From Nitrospirota bacterium (lineage in GTDB: Bacteria; Nitrospirota; UBA9217), in contig JAOUEV010000017.1 in the NCBI GenBank assembly GCA_029858565.1, forward strand, positions 1 to 55,543: a stretch of 55,543 nucleotides of DNA, in the 5' to 3' direction. The stretch's first letter is position 1. Each line of letters begins with the position of its first letter. A program made the translations under genes and the position numbers. A model generated the notes under the pieces. That model did not search any database. It saw nothing but the letters and a program-made list of their open reading frames with translations, and was not told where the DNA came from. Shown in pieces: positions 43,501 to 52,327 of the stretch.

Positions 43501-43675
43501 CACCGAGCAGAATCGCCCGAAACACGCACGACGCCCGCCGAGCAAACCATTTGTGCATCTGGTAGATCGGCTTAAAGCTGCTCCTCTCCGGCTCGGCAAG
43601 ACGGTTTATTTCGACAATCGGAAAGCCGACCTCGATGGCGCGGCGCGAATGGATTTGTGACTTGTTATCACTCAT
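40589..43675 (-). CDS. DUF1156 adenine-specific DNA methyltransferase with zinc ribbons
   Basis: MHKWFARR, DPFMGGGTT, TDPPY..NVNYSELADFFYVWL, several CxxC pairs. Confidence 0.9.
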   Translation of the reverse strand: MSDNKSQIHSRRAIEVGFPIVEINRLAEPERSSFKPIYQMHKWFARRASCVFRAILLGALKPAYKEDGTPVDLMAEFYKDHNKDPDTTGKVVLDPFMGGGTTVVEALRLGCKVVGIDLNPVAWFIVKTEVEPVEIDALKAAFERLAARPVAWNNGKPMRETLLDLYKTEVASGIDADVIYTFWVKHAICTDPTCKKEVPLFKDYFVAAKTVSVRYHRDTKCPECKKTFDWEVDVASLIAEPAMMVNSSRGSGGEGRPTTAWTYTVEPPKPKKKSNESLVTLDCPHCEKNFKARVPWDKKKARKKVQITVMLCPSCEAVWQWRGPLPEGELSCPACNHNYDPSKGNLPEKGYFQCRCGNKDRIIESIRLLPQERRLPVRPYALQAYVLPVEEVDDSQQTMFGVLSQASGTLSNDEIKGLLLPKNGKFFKRWSASDQARLQNAERLWEKNKAGLPYPKSVIPNGAETARLLQHHYNQWHDMFGTRQLLALSTLLEGIMAEKDEKLMEMLLCAYSNTLEANNLFTRHRVSRSAVGSLTAEGVFARHDFQTKITTAENNVFGLPSIAAGSFLSEYGLVVGGVDYQTEGWDFKANTDDENRVKIQTDKLTDASRLLHCANSAEVSSETPTIVVTDPPYVGNVNYSELADFFYVWLRLALKGHYSWFAPEYTPKTEEVVENRTRGKSREDFYKGLSTVFQRVHDQLPEDGLLIFTFHHTDQAGTVWEGLLQSLCDTGFEIAAVYPVHSEAESSLHLMDKENISFDLIHVCRKRKEDPTARSWAGIRQEVRRLARAELLAIEAGRYGNKPLPEPDVRLICIGKCLELYSTHYDKVLDHEGMTYPLHKALQDISSIVDQLVTRERPLPPELEEVDFLTYAWLRLLAGHSREVSMDKITKSTRALQVSTEDLKKAGLIVKGRTGRGRTYEVKQPRERLEDVLSILRAKTGETQEELFEGELPSNNKVLLVDLLHALIALSDAGESVLPWLERFDARRSEILAGLRYVRQLRSDWEGAIDRVIGVIEGAPLLRHGGAI

Positions 43676-45507
43676 ATCACAGAGTTATTTGCAATAGCAG
43701 AGAATCCCGTGAATATATCCACTACATCTTGCAATGCTTGCGGTTTTGATTTCATAGCAATGTCCACATATGCCTCTCGGATTCGCGTGTGGTCTGACTG
43801 GAAAAATTCACCGCAGAATCTATTAAAAATCAATTTACCAGGAAGCATCAACTTAAATGCATCCGATTCAAGCGATTTACGAAGCCGCTCATGCTCGGCT
43901 CTTATCGCAGCATCAAGCGCTTGAGGGCTTAGTGATGACGATATTGTGGAAAAAGAAGATGCCACTTGGCTTGAAATATCATTGATAACTTCATCAATCG
44001 ATAAACGATCAATATTTCGAACAGTTGGTTGAGGTAAAGCGCCCATGAGCCGTATATGCTCTCGTACATTCCATAGCACGGCAGGCATCAAACTGGATGC
44101 CGCAGTATGTACCAGGGTCTCTCTTATTTTGCTTGGGTCTCTACGATCTGTTGGCAAATACAAGGTCTTAGCCACTTCGGAAAGTACATGTTCATCAAGA
44201 AAATAATTTTCTACATGGCGCGCAGGAAGACACTTAAACCGCTTGTTTGTTTCCAAGGTTGCAATAACATCGTTGGATAGTCCGTCGCGATCGCGAACGA
44301 GAAATAGCTCAATGCCAAATATCGCGCTGCCAAGTTCATCAATGACCGATCGGAGCGCGATGATGTTTTCAACAGAACCAATTGGCATTAAGTAGGAATC
44401 AGGAAAGGTCGTTTGTGCGACCTTATGATATACAAGACGGTCGATGCTTGCGGTATTGCCTTCGATAAACACCAGCCGTTTGCCCACAGCAAACAAGCCA
44501 AGATTGGCACCAGCGGATCGGGTCACAGCAGAATTAATATCATTTAATGAGCTTAATTTATGAGCTTGATTGCCGTTTGTCGCGGCAGCATCGATAAAGA
44601 AAACATTTCCAGCAGAGTAATAAGTTGAAATCAGATCGGCAGAATGTGTGAACAGAATAAGCTGATTGGTTCCTCCCCCAAAATCCTTTAATGTTTCAAT
44701 TAACCGAAACGCGAGTGTGGGGTGAAGATGGAGCTCTGGTTCATCGATGAGAATAATAGAATGCGTAATTTGCTTCCAAACCAGGTCAAACGCAATCTTA
44801 ACGACTTCCTGCTCCCCCGAACTCAGCGCGCCGAAAGCCATGGGCTGAGACGTACCAATCCTGTAGTGAAATTCCCGTGGCGCTTTAGGATCTATTGGCT
44901 CTAATGTCTTTCCCGGTAAAAGGCGGGTAAACATCTCCTGGTAGGCAAGGAAAGGATCTGGATGTTTTAGCAAAGCTTCACTACCAAGTCGGTCTGGATG
45001 TGCCTTTATAAAATTTGCAATCTTTTGATCCCGGTTTGCGGCCTTCTTATATATTTTATTAACGAGTTCCTGCCAGCGTCCAATAAATGGGTTCAAATAC
45101 CATGAATAAGGTGTATCTTGGTCATCTGGGTCTGGTGTGGCCAACGTGAATTGCTCGAATCGCACCGGTTGAACGGCTCTATTGGAGTCAATTTGAATGA
45201 CTGCGCCTGTATATGCCTGATTGCCACGACGAGACGCAAGATATTGCTCTAGTTGTTGGCACCTTTGCTGGACATTGACGGCGATCGACATTGATTTCCA
45301 TGCATCTTCCTCTTCTTGCCGTGTAGCCGACAATCCCATTGTAACGCTCGGCGAACCTGGCGACTGAAACGTACTAACTATGGCTTGTTTGAGTCGCGTC
45401 TTTCCAGAACCGTTGGCGCCAGCAATAATGACAACATTCGATGACGCTTCTATTTCCAAAGCGCGAATTGGTGGATAGTTCTTAATAGCGATGCGATCCA
45501 GCCTCAT
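43672..45507 (-). CDS. ABC-ATPase + TOPRIM (OLD/DUF4435-like) ATP-dependent nuclease
   Basis: GANGSGKT, LSSGE, IDEPELHLHP, THS; FIEG..D, RDRD, VENY. Confidence 0.82.
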   Translation of the reverse strand: MRLDRIAIKNYPPIRALEIEASSNVVIIAGANGSGKTRLKQAIVSTFQSPGSPSVTMGLSATRQEEEDAWKSMSIAVNVQQRCQQLEQYLASRRGNQAYTGAVIQIDSNRAVQPVRFEQFTLATPDPDDQDTPYSWYLNPFIGRWQELVNKIYKKAANRDQKIANFIKAHPDRLGSEALLKHPDPFLAYQEMFTRLLPGKTLEPIDPKAPREFHYRIGTSQPMAFGALSSGEQEVVKIAFDLVWKQITHSIILIDEPELHLHPTLAFRLIETLKDFGGGTNQLILFTHSADLISTYYSAGNVFFIDAAATNGNQAHKLSSLNDINSAVTRSAGANLGLFAVGKRLVFIEGNTASIDRLVYHKVAQTTFPDSYLMPIGSVENIIALRSVIDELGSAIFGIELFLVRDRDGLSNDVIATLETNKRFKCLPARHVENYFLDEHVLSEVAKTLYLPTDRRDPSKIRETLVHTAASSLMPAVLWNVREHIRLMGALPQPTVRNIDRLSIDEVINDISSQVASSFSTISSSLSPQALDAAIRAEHERLRKSLESDAFKLMLPGKLIFNRFCGEFFQSDHTRIREAYVDIAMKSKPQALQDVVDIFTGFSAIANNSVI

Positions 45508-45568
45508 TTTGATTCAACCTCCTTGCTGCCCGAGCATCTTCTTTCTGACCAGATACGATTCTGCGACA

Positions 45569-46432
45569 TCAGATAGCACAATCCTTGATGAATCCATTCT
45601 CTTCGCATATCGTATTGTGGTATTGAGCCAGCCATTCGTATTTGGCTCGGACATGAGTGTCTGAAATATTTTTCGACGCTGTAGTAATCGCGTCTCTGTG
45701 CCGTTGTAGCAATTTAATCGCATTTGATCGGTAGCCAATGGTCATTATTTCACTTTTTCGTTCACCTGTTGCCTGCCTATACTCTTCAATTTGCTTCATG
45801 GAAGTATGCCATCCTACTGACTGCATACATATATTCAGATAGTCGATAAAGTACTTCGGTGTCTTGCTTTTTGTCTCTGCATATTTACGGAACGTCATTG
45901 GTATCGGGTCTATATCATTGCTATAATGCTTTCTGTGTTTGTGCTTTTCAAAGTAGCCGTAAACCTGGTCAGAAAGCATCAACACCGGAACATTGGCTTC
46001 ACGTTCAAGATTATATGCATTTGCCATTGCTGGACTAATCAACAGATCGCCGTCCGCATACCACCAGCCGAAATCGATGCCTCCGCGCAAGAAATAGCCA
46101 TTGAGTACACTATTACCTTGAGCATATGCGAAGGAAGTGAATTCGCTCATTATTGAATCGAATGCCCCCTCCGTTTCGGTCATATCTGATTTTATTGGTA
46201 TAGATATGACTATACAGTCGGAAAAAGCCAACACTTCTTTCTTATATAATGCATGCATTCGTTGAATATCAATGTCAGAAGATCGATACTCGAACTCATC
46301 ACGGACTTTCCGTAGTGCTTTTTCGATTTCTTCAAGTTCTTCCTTGGAACGAACCGATCGCACTTTATCAGAAAAACCGAGCAAATCGACGAACGCGCTA
46401 ATCGTGTGGCACAGCTTTGACTCATCTATCAT
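45569..46432 (-). CDS. Divergent class III nucleotidyl-cyclase-like protein
   Basis: AFVDLLGFS, FSD, LRGGIDFG, PAMANAYNLE echo the cyclase motifs; start at 46432 behind AGGAG. Confidence 0.6.
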   Translation of the reverse strand: MIDESKLCHTISAFVDLLGFSDKVRSVRSKEELEEIEKALRKVRDEFEYRSSDIDIQRMHALYKKEVLAFSDCIVISIPIKSDMTETEGAFDSIMSEFTSFAYAQGNSVLNGYFLRGGIDFGWWYADGDLLISPAMANAYNLEREANVPVLMLSDQVYGYFEKHKHRKHYSNDIDPIPMTFRKYAETKSKTPKYFIDYLNICMQSVGWHTSMKQIEEYRQATGERKSEIMTIGYRSNAIKLLQRHRDAITTASKNISDTHVRAKYEWLAQYHNTICEENGFIKDCAI

Positions 46433-46445
46433 GCCGTTCCTTCTC

Positions 46446-46796
46446 CTACAGAGCCGCAAATATTTGTCGTACGATCTTGTTTGTCATCGTATTGGAAAAA
46501 GACGCCACAACGCTTCCTTGCGTCGTTCCCTGCCGTAGCTCTACCTCGCCTGTATCATGGTTGTATGAGAGAGCGTATCTTTTCCCGGCCACCTTGAACC
46601 ACAAAACGTTCTTCATTTCACCTTCACGTACCATAATTTCAAGTGGATCATTATCCTTCCGCCATAACACACCGCCCGCTATGGCCAATGCTACTTCGTT
46701 AACATCTTGCGCGTGATGGTCTGCCCTATCAACAACGCCCTTAAGATAATCTCTCAAAAGATCAACATCAGTTATTTGCTGTGGCATGTGAGCCAC
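46446..46796 (-). CDS. Integron-cassette-type protein (VCH_CASS1-like)
   Basis: YLKGVVDRADHHA..V..VALAIAG.VLW, NVLWF..GKRYALSYNH. Confidence 0.65.
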   Translation of the reverse strand: MAHMPQQITDVDLLRDYLKGVVDRADHHAQDVNEVALAIAGGVLWRKDNDPLEIMVREGEMKNVLWFKVAGKRYALSYNHDTGEVELRQGTTQGSVVASFSNTMTNKIVRQIFAAL

Positions 46797-46822
46797 CCCC
46801 TCACGCTTATTTTGATGCGTGT

Positions 46823-47662
46823 TTATTTTCCGGCTGCTTTTGCTGTTTTTTCTACTTTAGTTAGCAAGCGGATCGCGGCATGATACGTTGCTAAATAAAA
46901 ATGAAACATCCATGCATACCAGATGTTCTTGTCATAGTTTGATTTCTGCTTCGGATCGTGATGACGTATGGAGAAATTGTTCGCTATATCAAACAGCGCA
47001 GACTCATCCTTGCCGTCAAGCACTTTATCGAGGCCCTTGGTCTTCTTGAGCCACTCGAAGACATCCGCCATCTCCCGAACAGCTTCTTTCTTTTCTGTAA
47101 AAGACAAATGGCGATTTCGCCATTTTGTAATTGCATTTCTCACCTTGCTATCCACATTGGCTTCATCGTATGGGAGTATTTCAGCATCAAGTATGTGTTG
47201 TAGTCCTTGAGAACCAATAGCGAGGATAGTCCCGTCTTTCATCAGTTCGTATCCTGTCTTGTAATCACAAAGGAACGAGTTAGCCGTGTCTCTGAATTCT
47301 GAACGGCCGGCGTCGCTATCATAAGAACCGTAGTCTGAGTAGTTCCACCCCGAATCCGACACGAAGTCTTCCAATTTGCCCGGCTTAGACACGTGGTCAT
47401 AAAGAAACTCAAGCGCATCGAAGATATGATCCTCGGTAATTATTTCTTGCGCCCATTTCGTTATCGGAAAAGGCTGGAATGTCAATGCAATCGCAGCTTC
47501 GTGCTTTATAGAATCAGGGATGCCAGTTTCCGTAATCCCAGCCTTTTCTTTAAAATAGTCTTTGCTGCGAAAAAGCAGAAATAGATTCTGCATCTTCCAA
47601 TAAAGCTCTTCCAGAGTTAGGCTCGTCTGATTCTTTCTTGAACTATAATATCGTTTCGCCAT
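46823..47662 (-). CDS. AbiJ-like / HEPN-like hypothetical defence protein
   Basis: FDALEFLY, INSERT-free C-terminal helical region with ANNFSIRHH, reminiscent of AbiJ-related proteins. Confidence 0.5.
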   Translation of the reverse strand: MAKRYYSSRKNQTSLTLEELYWKMQNLFLLFRSKDYFKEKAGITETGIPDSIKHEAAIALTFQPFPITKWAQEIITEDHIFDALEFLYDHVSKPGKLEDFVSDSGWNYSDYGSYDSDAGRSEFRDTANSFLCDYKTGYELMKDGTILAIGSQGLQHILDAEILPYDEANVDSKVRNAITKWRNRHLSFTEKKEAVREMADVFEWLKKTKGLDKVLDGKDESALFDIANNFSIRHHDPKQKSNYDKNIWYAWMFHFYLATYHAAIRLLTKVEKTAKAAGK

Positions 47663-47679
47663 ACTGTGATTCCAGATTC

Positions 47680-47838
47680 CTATTGCACACTATATTCCAG
47701 ATCAGCTCTACCCGAATCCCAAGTATGAATGTAGGACAGTCCGATATGTGCTACTGACAGAATACAGACCAGCAATACGTGATACTTGTTCAGCCAGATT
47801 CTTGCATTTTGGACTACTCGCTTCATTTTATTGTCCAT
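47680..47838 (-). CDS. Small single-TM protein (52 aa) or gene fragment
   Basis: AGGAGG RBS before MDNKMKR, hydrophobic VLLVCILSVAHIGLSYI. Confidence 0.4.
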   Translation of the reverse strand: MDNKMKRVVQNARIWLNKYHVLLVCILSVAHIGLSYIHTWDSGRADLEYSVQ

Positions 47839-47954
47839 AGTCGTTCCCTCCTGATTGTTGGTATTCGGGACCGCCCTACAGACATACTCGGTAGCCACCA
47901 GGCCATGTAGTTCGGGAATCGAGTACAACTGATCTGTTTATCCTCCTCTAATAA

Positions 47955-48470
47955 TTACAATCGAAGGTCCGTCGGATAGTGGACCGCGATCTCTGTTACC
48001 CCATGAAATGCCTTATCGCTCGACACGAGCACATCCGCCTTCAGCCTCAGTGCTACCGCCAGCACTACTGCGTCATTCGTGAGAAAGCCGTACTTCTCCT
48101 GCATCTTGAACGCGGTCTTCGTGAGGTCTTCCAGTGTGCAGGCCGCGAACCCAAGTCCAAGGTCCACGAGTGCATTGACCTTTGCCCGGTAGAGGCTCAG
48201 GCCTTTGACGACCTCTGGTTTTGACGCAAGGCGCAGTGCCGGTTTTCCCTCCGCGACGAGGCCCTTCATCATTGCCTCTGCAAGCATCAACTTGTGAGTC
48301 AACTCCTGCCACACGGTCTGCGGCAGAATGCCTGACAACTCACCCTGGGCGCAGCGCCGGATAAATCTCTGGGCCTGGACCGAAGAGCCTTGCTCCGCAT
48401 AGAGCAACACATTCGTGTCGATCACGCAGACGCTGCCGCTCGGGATATCATCGAGATTTACAGATCCCAC
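47955..48470 (-). CDS. PIN-domain (VapC-like) toxin
   Basis: VIDTNVLLY, ELTHKLMLAE, FLTNDAV, SSDKAF. Confidence 0.88.
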   Translation of the reverse strand: MGSVNLDDIPSGSVCVIDTNVLLYAEQGSSVQAQRFIRRCAQGELSGILPQTVWQELTHKLMLAEAMMKGLVAEGKPALRLASKPEVVKGLSLYRAKVNALVDLGLGFAACTLEDLTKTAFKMQEKYGFLTNDAVVLAVALRLKADVLVSSDKAFHGVTEIAVHYPTDLRL

Positions 48471-48700
48471 GCATCCTCCTCAAGAACCGCCTTGAACTGC
48501 GCAGAGGTCAACTTCATCGGTCGATCGCAAAAGAGTTGATAAGCGGCATCTCGTTTTACCGGATCGGCGCCCTTGGGAGACAGATAGTTTTCGAGTGCTT
48601 CCTGGATCACATCGCTCAAGGGGCGCCCTTCATCTGCAGCTCGGCGTTTTGCCCGGCGCAGCACGTCTTCTTCCAACAGTGTTCCGACTTTCTGTTTCAT
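48458..48700 (-). CDS. Ribbon-helix-helix antitoxin
   Basis: KVGTLLEEDVLRRAKRRA..GRPLSDVIQEAL; overlaps the PIN gene. Confidence 0.82.
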   Translation of the reverse strand: MKQKVGTLLEEDVLRRAKRRAADEGRPLSDVIQEALENYLSPKGADPVKRDAAYQLFCDRPMKLTSAQFKAVLEEDAWDL

Positions 48701-48712
48701 ACGACACCTCCG

Positions 48713-49705
48713 TTAATTCACCGGTCCCAGCACGATCCACGGCGTGAGCATTTCCATGAGCGTCAATGCACCGTGCCGATAGACGGACTGCGCGCCCGGC
48801 CCTTGTATCCTGTTGTGCCCTCGTCCTGCGATCACCGCCAGCCGCATGGCAGGATCGACCCACAGCCCATCACCTGCCTTTGGCAGCTGTTCGGTTGGTC
48901 CGAAAAAACGATAGCGCTTTCCTTCCAGAGCCCGGTCTACGTCTTTCAAACCGGGATCGCTCAAGCCGGGGCCAAGAAATATATATCCATGGTCGCTCGT
49001 TACGAGTACTTTTCGATCCGGCGGCACCGCCTGGACCGTGCGCTTCCATGCCTGCTCCAGCCCGTCCCAAATGCCGTCGAACATCGACTCATCGGTTGCG
49101 GTGCTGTCGGTGTAGCGCTGGTCCGGAAACCGGGACCAGAGAAGCATTGACTCGTCGCCGTCTCTGATCGTGTGATGATCGCTGGTCTGGCCAAAGTAGT
49201 AAAACCGGATATTCCTTTGCTTCAATTCTCCACGGCCGGTGAGCTGCGAGGGACCAATATCCTTCGGCAGGCCAAGGCCGAGACGCTCGGATATGAAATA
49301 TTCGGTCTCGCTCGGCACAGCAGCGCGGCTGCACCCGCTTTCCAGAACAGCGCGCCGGGAGTCCTTAGCCAGGGCGATTAGCCTCGGCATCTCCCGAAGC
49401 GAACAGCCGTCCAATATCACGACAGCGCTTTTCTGGTTGCGCCCGAAGAAGGAGGCGACCGTCCTTTCCGCTGACGGCGGCGCAGTCAGCTCAGCAAAAA
49501 GCGATGAAGCCGAGCTTCGTAAAGCATTTTCCCTCTCATTCACCAGTACTTCACCGCGCCGCAGATAGTCCTTAGGCGAGTTGCCCGATGCGGCAAACGC
49601 GTCCTGGGACCAAACTTCATTAAGCAGCCAGTTTTCAAGTCCCGACAGACGCGGGCCAGGCTGCGTGAGGCGCTCAATGAGGGCGCGATCCAGCGCGGCT
49701 TTCAT
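48713..49705 (-). CDS. Stand-alone PglZ-like alkaline-phosphatase-superfamily protein
   Basis: VILDGCSLRE, VPSET, VTSDHGY, HGALTLMEMLTPW. Confidence 0.78.
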   Translation of the reverse strand: MKAALDRALIERLTQPGPRLSGLENWLLNEVWSQDAFAASGNSPKDYLRRGEVLVNERENALRSSASSLFAELTAPPSAERTVASFFGRNQKSAVVILDGCSLREMPRLIALAKDSRRAVLESGCSRAAVPSETEYFISERLGLGLPKDIGPSQLTGRGELKQRNIRFYYFGQTSDHHTIRDGDESMLLWSRFPDQRYTDSTATDESMFDGIWDGLEQAWKRTVQAVPPDRKVLVTSDHGYIFLGPGLSDPGLKDVDRALEGKRYRFFGPTEQLPKAGDGLWVDPAMRLAVIAGRGHNRIQGPGAQSVYRHGALTLMEMLTPWIVLGPVN

Positions 49706-49707
49706 TT

Positions 49708-52320
49708 TTATGCACCCTCCCGGTTTCTGCGGCCTTCATTCTGAAGCTCAACGCTGAAACGCGCCATGTAACTTGCCCCCGACAGGTTGGGAAGTTTTTC
49801 ACAATGCTGTTCCAATCCTGCCTTGGTCATCGGTCCAGGCACCATGATATCGAGTTGCACCCCTACATCACCGGACCCTGAAAGCGCGCCGCGATACGCG
49901 GCAGGCAGACTGGACAGGTCCTGGCCTTTATAATCCGCAAAAATGGTGAAACGCACTGTTCGGACGATCGGATCGTCCATATCAGTGAGCCGAGCGGCGG
50001 TCTGCTGACGAAGCTCGCCAAGACTGCGACAGGACGGAGTGCTTCTCTCTTCAACCGTGACCGCGGGAGTGGATGGCGGCTGTTCTCCGGGTTCCACGTC
50101 CGATTCTGCTGGCTGATCCGTGGTCGTAGCAGGTGTAGTACCGGGCTGTGACGGGCGCTCGGGCCTCTCAGCCTGTGTCTGCCAGGGTGTGCTGACCACT
50201 GCCTGATTCAGTTCAGAATCCGTAAGCGATACACGTTCACCGCAGAAATTCCCTCTCGGATGCTGTAAACCAAGAACAGGATTTCGATCCGCTGCAAGAG
50301 AACGGAGAATATCCGTTACCACGGTTACAGTAAGCGGAACAGGATAGCCTAAAGAGTTCCGATAGGCACGCTCGATCTGCTCTACCCGCTGTCCGAAGAA
50401 GACCGAAAGATTTCTCCGGAGATGTTCTTCGATCAACGAAGGCGGAAAGACCTGAGAGCGAAGATAGGTAAGCACTTCCTCCTTGCTGCCGGCCTGACCC
50501 AGATTTTCTTCCTCGAACTGCGTTTGGGAAACCTGATCGCCCCAGCGCTCGATCCTGATGTACAACAATCCCGCTGACTTTAACGTGCGTTGGATCTGCT
50601 GCACCTGCGCCCGCTCGATCTGTTCGAACTTCGTTCGGCGTTCAGCGTTAGAAGATGATGCGGCAAGCAACCGCGCAGCCTTGAGGCGCTTGGCAAGCGC
50701 CAGCAGGTCGGGATTTGTAAGATGATCCACTCTCGGGTCGCGCGGCTCAAGCAGGAGCACCTGGTTCCTGAGCTCAAGCCCCTGATAGAGAGCGAACCGT
50801 TCAGCCTGTGACAAGCGGCGAGGCGCTAAGACATATCGCTGACCGTGCCTGGAGAAGCCCTGAAGCGCTAGCTTTGTTTCTTCCAGATCGCGGTAAATGG
50901 CCGCCTGATGATTCTCCCGAAATACCTCCTGCAGCCAAAGTTGAATGACCTGCTCGCGCGCTGTGTCGTCACTGTGCCGCATAGCGTCGAGCTCGACCTT
51001 GGCGTATTCATTTTCCACTAGATCGAAAAGGAAACGGCCTTCGCGTTCGTGGAAATAGGTCCCATATCTTCTGAACGCCTCGAGACCGGCATGATACTGA
51101 TTCGGATCATCGCCGGGCTTGACAACATGCCGCACAAGCTCATCGGTCGTCATGCCGACAGCGCGACCGCCCGGAACCAGGCTCGCCAGCAGTACCGCAG
51201 ATGCAATAGCTTCCGCATACGGCTGTGCGGCAAGATCACGGTAATTGCCGGCAGCGGGATTGATCAGCGATCCGCCGGGGTCGAGATCAGAGAGACGGTC
51301 CGCGCAAACCGGATCGGTCACGCGACAATTGGATGCGGTCATCAAATAGGAACCTTCGGGAGTCGCGTCCAGCATGGCGCCGAGCAGGCCTAATGCGCTT
51401 CGTGTGCCTTGAAATCCGCCACTTTCCGTTATACGCTCAAAGACCAGTTCTATCAGATCGGGGAGGAACGGGAAGGACTCCTCCATACGACCGACGTAGC
51501 CATCGGGCACTTCCATCCCAAAGCGACGCCATGTGTTGATGTATGATTGGATAAGCGAACGTGCAGACTCCTTGTCATAGCTATCGGCGTTCTTAAACAG
51601 CCGGTGCCGAACAATGGATGCCCGATCCTGAGGTTTGCGGAAATGTAATTCTATTCTCTGCGTCCGCTTGAGCGTGGAACCTGGCTCCTTGTTGCCGTCG
51701 TAAACAGCAGCGAAGAGAGTCAAATGACTCCCCTCACGTCCTGCCTCCTCGCTCAGCATCTGGAGGAACGCTATATTCTGACTTCGCTTGGTCGAATCGG
51801 GTATAATATCAATGCCCCGTTCCAACTCATCGAGTATAAGAACCAGGTGGCAGTCCTTAATGGCAGCCCGGAAATCATCGAGGTCAGGTGCCCGCTCTGC
51901 GCTCCACTTGGCCTTGAGCCGCTGACCAATCAGCATCCAAAGCGCATCGCTCGGCATGGATTGATCGGTAAATTTATGGACGATGACTTCGGGATTCTTC
52001 GGTGGGGACCAGTCGTAACCGGCCTTCGCGGTCCAGGCTTTTGCTTCGGCAAGGCTCGCGAAGAGATGATAGCCTAAGAGAAGAGTATGAGATTTCCCGA
52101 GACCCTTGACCGCTTGGGCTAGGACTGTCCCCGGACCAGCCCCCTCTTTGAATCTCCTGCTGAGTCCCTTGAGAACCTTATGGAGGTCCTCGGAAAGATA
52201 CGTCAGCTCGAAGAACCGTTTGGCACTGCGCTCAAGACTGTCCGCAGGACCGGACCTAAGACGTTCGAGGTCGATAACACCATCTAGAGATTCTGTTGAT
52301 TCATAGCGTCGCTCTATCAT
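49708..52320 (-). CDS. DUF499-type AAA+ ATPase (BrxC-related)
   Basis: KGLGKSH Walker A, LILDE Walker B, IVRHRLF, SFPFLP, FQGTR; start re-called at ATG 52320. Confidence 0.82.
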   Translation of the reverse strand: MIERRYESTESLDGVIDLERLRSGPADSLERSAKRFFELTYLSEDLHKVLKGLSRRFKEGAGPGTVLAQAVKGLGKSHTLLLGYHLFASLAEAKAWTAKAGYDWSPPKNPEVIVHKFTDQSMPSDALWMLIGQRLKAKWSAERAPDLDDFRAAIKDCHLVLILDELERGIDIIPDSTKRSQNIAFLQMLSEEAGREGSHLTLFAAVYDGNKEPGSTLKRTQRIELHFRKPQDRASIVRHRLFKNADSYDKESARSLIQSYINTWRRFGMEVPDGYVGRMEESFPFLPDLIELVFERITESGGFQGTRSALGLLGAMLDATPEGSYLMTASNCRVTDPVCADRLSDLDPGGSLINPAAGNYRDLAAQPYAEAIASAVLLASLVPGGRAVGMTTDELVRHVVKPGDDPNQYHAGLEAFRRYGTYFHEREGRFLFDLVENEYAKVELDAMRHSDDTAREQVIQLWLQEVFRENHQAAIYRDLEETKLALQGFSRHGQRYVLAPRRLSQAERFALYQGLELRNQVLLLEPRDPRVDHLTNPDLLALAKRLKAARLLAASSSNAERRTKFEQIERAQVQQIQRTLKSAGLLYIRIERWGDQVSQTQFEEENLGQAGSKEEVLTYLRSQVFPPSLIEEHLRRNLSVFFGQRVEQIERAYRNSLGYPVPLTVTVVTDILRSLAADRNPVLGLQHPRGNFCGERVSLTDSELNQAVVSTPWQTQAERPERPSQPGTTPATTTDQPAESDVEPGEQPPSTPAVTVEERSTPSCRSLGELRQQTAARLTDMDDPIVRTVRFTIFADYKGQDLSSLPAAYRGALSGSGDVGVQLDIMVPGPMTKAGLEQHCEKLPNLSGASYMARFSVELQNEGRRNREGA

Positions 52321-52327
52321 GACTGGT

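Noticed and set aside
43672-45507. Gabija system
   Set aside because: No UvrD-like GajB next to it; the only helicase is SNF2-type
45500-47960. Integron cassette array
   Set aside because: Intergenic gaps are short, with no attC-like inverted repeats and no intI
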